Of a stretch of 30,809 bases of DNA, positions 24,800-30,809 are shown piece after piece. Numbering within the stretch: position 1 is the stretch's first letter; each line of letters opens with the position of its first letter. The translations under genes were made by a program, and so were the position numbers. This DNA comes from a virus (taxonomy: Duplodnaviria; Caudoviricetes), in the IMG/VR virus record IMGVR_UViG_3300038334_000159, positions 1 through 30,809 of that record, one strand, 5' to 3'. The notes below the pieces were generated by a model. That model saw only the letters and a program-made list of their open reading frames with translations. It had not been told where the DNA came from and did not search any database.

Positions 24800-25647
24800 A
24801 CGATACGTTGACCTATATCAATAACAACGGTGAATCCGTTGTTTTGAGTTTGAAGAACGGATATGCAGTCGAGACCTGCACAGGTGCGAACGGAAACACG
24901 GTAAACGTGGCAACCGCACAAGGCGTTGGACAAGTCGGCGCAACGGTGCAATCAAGGGTTGTTGAACCTGTGCCGATGACCATAACGGGAATGATCCTCG
25001 GAACGCCAGCAGAAGCAAGAACGAGGGCAAACAAATTGCAGGAAGTCATTTTGCCGGGCGTAGATGCGAGACTGTACCACAACGGGACATATTACAGAAT
25101 CGTAACGCCGACCAAAACACCCGTCATCGAAGCGGTGAGACGGTGGCCGCACTTCCAGTTTTCGGTTTTGGCTGCATATCCGTATTGGCTAAAAGATCAA
25201 ACGACAAAGACCATTCTTACGGGTGTTATCCCGAAGTTCAAGTTTCCTTGGAACATCAGCCGGGAATACAAGTTTGGCGAGACTATTGCAACGGCATTCG
25301 TGAACATCAGAAATGAAGGGCAGCTGCCGTGTCCATACACGGCAGCATTTACGGCAAAAGGCCCTGTTGAGAATCCGAGAATCGTCAACGCGATCACGGG
25401 CGAATACATGCAGCTGAACCGAAACATGATCGCAGGTGAGCGGGTGACGATTCAAATCACGCACGACCTAACTTATGTAACGTCTACGATTGATGGAGAT
25501 ATCCGGGGAGATTTGGACATTGACAGCGATTTGTGGACGATGGCGGTAGGGGATAATCTGATAAAGACCGAGGCAGACAGCGGCGCGGCGAATGTCGTTG
25601 TGAGCATCGATCTAGCAATTGAAAAGGTCGGGATTGTAATATGCTAG
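24796..25647 (+). CDS. Distal tail (Dit)-like protein
   Basis: Follows the TMP. AYPYW, IRNEG..P, ENPRI and VGDN motifs of siphophage tail components. Confidence 0.8.
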   Translation: MNDTLTYINNNGESVVLSLKNGYAVETCTGANGNTVNVATAQGVGQVGATVQSRVVEPVPMTITGMILGTPAEARTRANKLQEVILPGVDARLYHNGTYYRIVTPTKTPVIEAVRRWPHFQFSVLAAYPYWLKDQTTKTILTGVIPKFKFPWNISREYKFGETIATAFVNIRNEGQLPCPYTAAFTAKGPVENPRIVNAITGEYMQLNRNMIAGERVTIQITHDLTYVTSTIDGDIRGDLDIDSDLWTMAVGDNLIKTEADSGAANVVVSIDLAIEKVGIVIC

Positions 25648-26663
25648 TCGTTTATGATTCTGGCCTTTCTGGCTATCACGAAATCAAACCAATTTCGTAC
25701 ACAACCGAAGAGTGGTACAACGACATCGGGAAATTCACGTTGATTGTTGCACCGAGCAAATACAACATCGCGCACTTGAAAAAGGGCGCGATTCTTTTTC
25801 GCACGGTCATCAAGCAGGCGATGGTGATTACACGGGTAAGCCCGGATACATCACAGGACAGAATCACAATCAACGGGTTTACCGCGAACTGGATTTTGAA
25901 CAAAAGAGCGATTGCGGTTGCCGCGACCATCGCAACCGTGGAAGCGGACATTTATGCCGCAATCACGTCAAACCTGCGGGAGCTGCCGAATGTTATCACG
26001 GCGACGCTGAAAGCGCTCACGGAGTCTTTCAGCGCGATTCTGCACGGCGGGCAGATGCTTACGGAATTCATCAAAATTCTGGACGCTGTAGAGCTGGGGC
26101 AAAAGATGTATCTGGACGTGAAAACAAAGAAGCTCGTGTTTGAGATTTACAAAGGGCGAGACCTGACCACCGGGTCGCACGCGGTAATCTTCTCGGACGA
26201 GCAGGGCACGGCACGCGATCTCAAGATTGAAGATGACGAGAGTACGTTTTCAAACGTCTGCTATGTCATCGGGACATTGAGCGATGAAACATCGGTTGTA
26301 AGAACGGTTGGAACAGCAACAGGCGCAGACCGATTTGAATACTGGATAGATTCGCGATTGAAGCAGGGCAACGATGAGCCGATAGAGGACTTTTATGCTC
26401 GACTGGACAGCAGAGGCATAGCCGAAATCGCAAAGCGCGTTCGTGACATCGGGTTTTCTGTTCGGGTAGACCCCGGCGAGTATGGGAAAAGATACACCAT
26501 GGGCGACAAAGTCGTTTGTGTATCAAAAAGATTCGGCATCGCGTTTATTGCGAAGATTAACGGGGTGAAGCGGACGCAGCAAGCACAAAGCGAGACCGTC
26601 AATATTATCCTTGGCGAGCCGCAATTGACTTTGATTGGAGAAATTAAACTATGGCTGAAATAA
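25641..26663 (+). CDS. Minor tail / baseplate hub protein (ReqiPepy6 gp37-like)
   Basis: WYNDIGKF...GRDLT...VIFS...RFE.WID...Y..GD.V pattern, plus synteny. Confidence 0.75.
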   Translation: MLVVYDSGLSGYHEIKPISYTTEEWYNDIGKFTLIVAPSKYNIAHLKKGAILFRTVIKQAMVITRVSPDTSQDRITINGFTANWILNKRAIAVAATIATVEADIYAAITSNLRELPNVITATLKALTESFSAILHGGQMLTEFIKILDAVELGQKMYLDVKTKKLVFEIYKGRDLTTGSHAVIFSDEQGTARDLKIEDDESTFSNVCYVIGTLSDETSVVRTVGTATGADRFEYWIDSRLKQGNDEPIEDFYARLDSRGIAEIAKRVRDIGFSVRVDPGEYGKRYTMGDKVVCVSKRFGIAFIAKINGVKRTQQAQSETVNIILGEPQLTLIGEIKLWLK

Positions 26664-27652
26664 AAAGCTATCCCAACAATGTGGATGTCGAAATCGGCGC
26701 GGAGAACGTCATGAAGTGGCACCACGGCAGACGGACAGGTGTTTACGGGGCGGAAAGAGAACTCGCCGTAGCCGCGCTTGAACCGCCTGAAATGGCGGTA
26801 ACCGTGTCGGACGGCGATGGATGGATGACGGATGCAATTGGCAACGGGATCCATTTCTGGAACGACCTTTTTGCGGCGACTGCCGCGCTGTTGCGTCTTT
26901 CGATTGACACGGCTGACGGCGTGTTAAACCGCATCGACCGTGTAATTGTCGAGTGGTCAACGCCGAACTATACGCAACTTCCTGAAATCAAGGTGCTAAA
27001 AGGTGTTGCGGCAATGGTGCCTATTGCTCCATCTCTCACAAACAACGCGTCATTACGGCAGATTTCCTTATCGCGTGTCAGCGTGGCGGCTGGAACGCTT
27101 GCGATCACGGCAGGAATGATTACTGACGAGCGGTTTGATCCTACGGTGTGCGGGATCGTGACCGAGTCTACCGTGGTTGACACCTCAGTGGCGGCAGCGC
27201 AGTTCAATGAAGTTCTCGAAGAAGCGCAGAATCTCGTGCTCCAACTAGAGGAAGAAGCGGTGGTTGATCATTCTGGAACGCATGAGCCGGGCGGGGATGA
27301 TGTTGCGCGGTTTGTGTTCTACGGCGGCGAACAGGTGCTAACAGACACGGAGAAGGCACAGGCGCGGTCGAACGTCAGTGCGGAAGCTGCGCGGTTACAG
27401 TTCATCAATACCGTTGTAGACAATGCGGCGTTTGTCGCTGATGCAACGTATGCGGACTTTCCATTTCGCGCGGCGGTTGCGCTGACGGGCGTGCTTGCCA
27501 CAATGGTGCCTTTTGTAGTCTTCGGCGCGGTTGACGCGGTTAGCGGTATTTTTGCTCCAGTCGCCGATCCGTTTGACGGTGGGGTATACCTCTATGCCGC
27601 CGAAGTCCCGGCTGCGGACATCACGGTGCCGACCATGATCTTTTGGAGGTAA
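26651..27652 (+). CDS. Baseplate / tail fibre base protein
   Basis: ADGVLNRIDRV..., ITDERFDPTVCG, HSGTHEPGGDD and QVLTDTEKAQARSNV fibre-type motifs. Confidence 0.75.
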   Translation: MAEIKSYPNNVDVEIGAENVMKWHHGRRTGVYGAERELAVAALEPPEMAVTVSDGDGWMTDAIGNGIHFWNDLFAATAALLRLSIDTADGVLNRIDRVIVEWSTPNYTQLPEIKVLKGVAAMVPIAPSLTNNASLRQISLSRVSVAAGTLAITAGMITDERFDPTVCGIVTESTVVDTSVAAAQFNEVLEEAQNLVLQLEEEAVVDHSGTHEPGGDDVARFVFYGGEQVLTDTEKAQARSNVSAEAARLQFINTVVDNAAFVADATYADFPFRAAVALTGVLATMVPFVVFGAVDAVSGIFAPVADPFDGGVYLYAAEVPAADITVPTMIFWR

Positions 27653-27656
27653 CAGG

Positions 27657-28637
27657 ATGAAACTGGAACGCAATCGCGCCGAGCGAAGAAGCAAGCACGG
27701 CGCACAGATTTTATTTAATGGGATTCCGTATTTGATTCTTGCGGCTCTTGCAGCAGGATTTTTGCATGGCGCACCGCAGATGATCGCGGCATCTTCGATT
27801 GCGCAAGCGGCAAAGAGCACAGTTACTGTCACAGAGCGAAAGGCATTTCCGATCGCATTTGCAGGATACCTTGGCAAGACCAATAGCGTGATTTCCAGAA
27901 GCTTCACGCAAGAGGATTTCACCTATACAGGATCATATGTTTGGGTGGATGACGGAAATGGAAACTTTAGATTTAAAGCTCTCACAAGCGGAACCTTCAC
28001 ACCTCTCAAAAAAATCGTTATCGATGTGTTTATTGTTGGAGGAGGGGGCGGCGGCCGCAATGCGGGAGCGAACCAATATGCTGGAGGTGGTGGCGCGGGA
28101 GGATTAACCGGCACATGGACGGCTGTAACGATTAACGCAAACCAAGCATACCCAATTGTAATTGGTGCTGGTGGAGCGGCAAATGGCGGAACTGGCGGAA
28201 CTACTTCGGGATTTGGATACAGTAAAGCAGGAGGCGCGCCCGGCGCGAATTACTATCGTGGTGGTATTGGTGGTAGTGGCGGCGGTGGTGCGCTGGATGG
28301 CGGCGGAGCTGGTGGCAGCAATGGTTCAAATGGTGCTAACGCTACCTACGGCGGAGCAGGGCAAAACTCTACAACGCGCGAATTTGGAGAAATCGCGGGA
28401 ACGATTTACGCTGGTGGCGGTGGCTCTGGCGGCGGTAAATATAGTTACTATGCTAGCGGCGGATTAGGTGGTGCTGGTGGCGGTGGAAACGGCGGCGCGT
28501 GCGCCGGAGGCAGTGGTGCGGCAGGAACCGCGAACACTGGCGGTGGTGGCGGTGGTGGTGGAGCAGATGATGACTCCTCTGTTGGTTCTGGCGCAGCTGG
28601 CGGCTCTGGCATCCTCATCATCAGAAACAAGAGGTAA
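27657..28637 (+). CDS. Glycine-rich tail fibre / receptor-binding-like protein with hydrophobic N-terminal extension
   Basis: VFIVGGGGGG...ANTGGGGGGG...GGSGILIIR glycine-rich domain. GGAGG RBS. Confidence 0.75.
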   Translation: MKLERNRAERRSKHGAQILFNGIPYLILAALAAGFLHGAPQMIAASSIAQAAKSTVTVTERKAFPIAFAGYLGKTNSVISRSFTQEDFTYTGSYVWVDDGNGNFRFKALTSGTFTPLKKIVIDVFIVGGGGGGRNAGANQYAGGGGAGGLTGTWTAVTINANQAYPIVIGAGGAANGGTGGTTSGFGYSKAGGAPGANYYRGGIGGSGGGGALDGGGAGGSNGSNGANATYGGAGQNSTTREFGEIAGTIYAGGGGSGGGKYSYYASGGLGGAGGGGNGGACAGGSGAAGTANTGGGGGGGGADDDSSVGSGAAGGSGILIIRNKR

Positions 28638-28640
28638 CAC

Positions 28641-28832
28641 ATGAACGAACCAATGAATCATGCAATAGTTGAGAATGGAATTATTGCAAATGTTATTTGG
28701 GTGCTACCAGATCAAGCACACGAGTTCGGGGCAATCCTTCTCACGAATGAGGCTGCGGGGATCGGGTGGAGATATGAAAACGGAGAGTTCATACCACCTG
28801 TGACACAACCTGAGAGCGCGCCGGAAGAATAG
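28641..28832 (+). CDS. Small fibre-associated protein
   Basis: AIVENGIIANVI...GIGWRYENGEFIPP, a type that commonly follows Gly-rich fibre genes. Confidence 0.7.
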   Translation: MNEPMNHAIVENGIIANVIWVLPDQAHEFGAILLTNEAAGIGWRYENGEFIPPVTQPESAPEE

Positions 28833-28855
28833 AATACTTGCGAGTCTTTATGATT

Positions 28856-28890
28856 ACCGTCCTTCTTGTAGGGACGGTTATTTTTCTATT
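28856..28890 (+). terminator. Intrinsic terminator after the tail module
   Basis: ACCGTCCTT...AGGGACGGT stem followed by TATTTTTCTATT. Confidence 0.7.
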
Positions 28891-28931
28891 TCAAATTTCC
28901 CGCAAATCGCGGGTATAGGAGGACATGCCGA

Positions 28932-29321
28932 GTGAAAGACACGCTAGACATTGTTTGGTTGATAATCTGCATTGCGATTGCCATCGGTAGTTTTTTCGGG
29001 GGTAGCGCGTTTTTTACGCGACGTGTCAACGAGAACTTCGACAAAAAATACAATGCGGACAAAGCAGAACGTGAGGAGGCGAAAAAAGAAGCCGACGAGC
29101 GTGAGCAAGCACGTATCGAAAGACAATTACTTATCGAAGAGCAACTTGTAGCTGTTGGGCACGTAGCAGTATCAACGGCGGAAGATCACCTTGAAAGGTG
29201 CGGAGCCAATAAAAGGATTGCGACCGCTCTTGAAACATATGCGGCGTGTCGCAAACGCTCTGACGATCAGTCGCGAAGAAGCGCGGCAAAGTACGAACAG
29301 CGGGCAGAGAGACCCGCGTAA
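28932..29321 (+). CDS. Holin-like membrane protein (single TM plus coiled coil)
   Basis: N-terminal TM (IVWLIICIAIAIGSFFGGSAFF). First gene of the lysis cassette. AGGAGG RBS. Confidence 0.6.
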   Translation: MKDTLDIVWLIICIAIAIGSFFGGSAFFTRRVNENFDKKYNADKAEREEAKKEADEREQARIERQLLIEEQLVAVGHVAVSTAEDHLERCGANKRIATALETYAACRKRSDDQSRRSAAKYEQRAERPA

Positions 29322-29368
29322 TGACGGTAACGCATAAAGCGTCCGAATAAAAAAGGAGAAACAAACAA

Positions 29369-29770
29369 ATGGAACTTTTGATGAACTATGGCCTGCAGGT
29401 CGCGGCAACTTTGCTCATTACGCTCATCGGCGTGCTGGGGACGTACCTGACCATGCAGCTGGGCAAGAACGCAAACTTGAAGAACATCAACGACGCGCAA
29501 AAAGAGCTGATCCGCGCGGCAAAGATCACGGTCGGCGAGTTGCAACAGACTATGGTATCGCAGCTCAAGGCCGCGAATAGCGACGGGAAGCTCACGCCGC
29601 AGGAGATTGCGACTCTGCGCGCAAAGCTTCTGGACAAGACCGTGGAGAAACTTTCTGCGCCTGCTTATGGATTGCTCGCGGCGGCCTCTGTGGACGTTGA
29701 GGCGCTGATTCTCGGTGTCGGTGAGAGCTGGATCGAGCGCATCAAACAACAGTCTGCTATCGAAGAGTAA
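29369..29770 (+). CDS. Holin (LL-H-like)
   Basis: N-terminal TM, QQT.V..LK...DGKLT.QE motif, directly upstream of the endolysin. Confidence 0.7.
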   Translation: MELLMNYGLQVAATLLITLIGVLGTYLTMQLGKNANLKNINDAQKELIRAAKITVGELQQTMVSQLKAANSDGKLTPQEIATLRAKLLDKTVEKLSAPAYGLLAAASVDVEALILGVGESWIERIKQQSAIEE

Positions 29771-29782
29771 CGAACGCGAAAA

Positions 29783-29811
29783 CGCCGCCGCAAGGCGGCG
29801 CTTTTTCTTTT
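29783..29811 (+). terminator. Terminator-like hairpin between holin and endolysin
   Basis: CGCCGCC-GCAA-GGCGGCG followed by CTTTTTCTTTT. Confidence 0.7.
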
Positions 29812-29822
29812 GGAGGGAGAAT

Positions 29823-30809
29823 ATGAAAAGACAACAAATTGCAAGTATTGCATCGGCCATTGGACACGCTCTGATAGGCATGTCATATTCGCGGACGTAT
29901 CGGTGGAACTTTTTCCCGCAGGGCGGTTCTGCTGATTGCAGCTCTTACACACAGGCGTGTTTTATCGGGGCGGGGTGCCCGTTGGTTGATAAAAACGGTA
30001 AAGAGCTTTGGACAAGCACATACCAGATCAACGCGGCAGGATTCGACTTGCTGTATCCGGCATCGGTCAAAGTGGCAGGAAGAGAACATGCGCCGGAGAG
30101 CTTATACAAGAGCCTACAGCCGGGAGATATCGTGCTTTATGACTTCGGGACTGATGATCGTGCGAACACGATTGACCACGCTGCGTTTGTGGATGCTGAT
30201 GGTAATATTATCAACGAGCGATCAAGCAAGACCGGGATAAAGGTTGACCCGATATCCTTCGGTAAAAACAACATCGTTGCTGTTCTGCGCATGCGGGAAG
30301 ATGCTGAAATTATGGAGCCAACCGAGGTAAGCGCGGAGAACACAACGAAGTTGATGACGAGGCGGTTGCAAATTCTGCTCAACGTTTCGCCGATTGCGCC
30401 ACAGCTGCTTTGTGACGCTGTGTGGGGCACAAGGACGAACGCGGCACTGAACGCATACAAAGCATCTCAGGGGCTTACACAGGACGGAATCTGCACGCGG
30501 GAAACGTGGGAGCGGTTGATTGCCGGGTTAAACGCGCAAGAGATCGAGGAAACGAACACGCCTGAGACATCAGAGACGCAGGCGAGCGGCAACCGGCTGT
30601 TGTTGATGCAATCGCCGCTGATGAGGGGCGCGGATGTCGCAACGCTGCAAGCAAAACTTGCCGCAGCAGGTTATGATGTCGGCGAGATCGACGGCGTATT
30701 TGGCCGTAAAACAGAAGCGGCAGTGATCGCACTGCAAACCAACGCCATGGCGATCACGACGGCAGACGGAATCGCGGATAATGCCGTGCTTAATCTGCTG
30801 GGGATATAA
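29823..30809 (+). CDS. Endolysin: NlpC/P60-like peptidase with two peptidoglycan-binding domains
   Basis: ADCSS (Cys), LQPGDIV, DHAAF (His), and two LQ..L...D..G..T..A PG-binding repeats. GGAGG RBS before the ATG at 29823. Confidence 0.88.
   Translation: MKRQQIASIASAIGHALIGMSYSRTYRWNFFPQGGSADCSSYTQACFIGAGCPLVDKNGKELWTSTYQINAAGFDLLYPASVKVAGREHAPESLYKSLQPGDIVLYDFGTDDRANTIDHAAFVDADGNIINERSSKTGIKVDPISFGKNNIVAVLRMREDAEIMEPTEVSAENTTKLMTRRLQILLNVSPIAPQLLCDAVWGTRTNAALNAYKASQGLTQDGICTRETWERLIAGLNAQEIEETNTPETSETQASGNRLLLMQSPLMRGADVATLQAKLAAAGYDVGEIDGVFGRKTEAAVIALQTNAMAITTADGIADNAVLNLLGI

Larger units (their letters stand above)
1..30809. mobile_element. Temperate siphovirus prophage (HK97-type head, long non-contractile tail), integrase to endolysin
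   Basis: Canonical module order of integration, immunity, early/replication, packaging, head, tail and lysis. Tape measure gene present and no sheath gene. att sites not seen. Confidence 0.96.

Noticed and set aside
27657-28832. Diversity-generating retroelement or invertible tail-fibre switch
   Set aside because: No reverse transcriptase, no second recombinase, and no duplicated template/variable repeat seen in the window.
1-30809. CRISPR array, tRNA, rRNA or IS element
   Set aside because: No regularly spaced repeats, cloverleaf with T-loop consensus, or transposase found by eye. The HUH protein sits in a phage replication context with no IS ends apparent.

Overview
The window is an apparently complete ~31 kb temperate siphophage (prophage) running from the integrase stop to the endolysin stop. 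The sigma-A promoters, strong GGAGG RBSs and gene content suggest a Firmicute, probably Clostridia-class, host (inference). No att sites are visible. Module order: tyrosine integrase; leftward accessory genes, including an orphan Phd/YefM-like gene behind a candidate LexA box; hicAB toxin-antitoxin (hicA is missing from the ORF track); XRE repressor with a back-to-back promoter/operator switch; an early region of small ORFs interleaved with antisense morons; a replication module; late activator; HNH, cos, terminase; HK97-type head; tail with a -1 frameshifting chaperone; glycine-rich fibre; two holin-like genes; NlpC/P60 endolysin. The most unusual part is the replication module. It has an HUH (rolling-circle-type) Rep, no recognisable helicase, loader, SSB or recombinase, an upstream hairpin cluster whose main stem is built from two perfect DnaA boxes, and ParA/ParB with a candidate parS. 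Also notable are an ~87-nt multi-stem RNA-like structure at 5225-5311, a possible SOS-controlled induction operon, and a tail-fibre-like protein with a signal-peptide-like N-terminal extension. All family calls come from motif recognition by eye, with no database searches.
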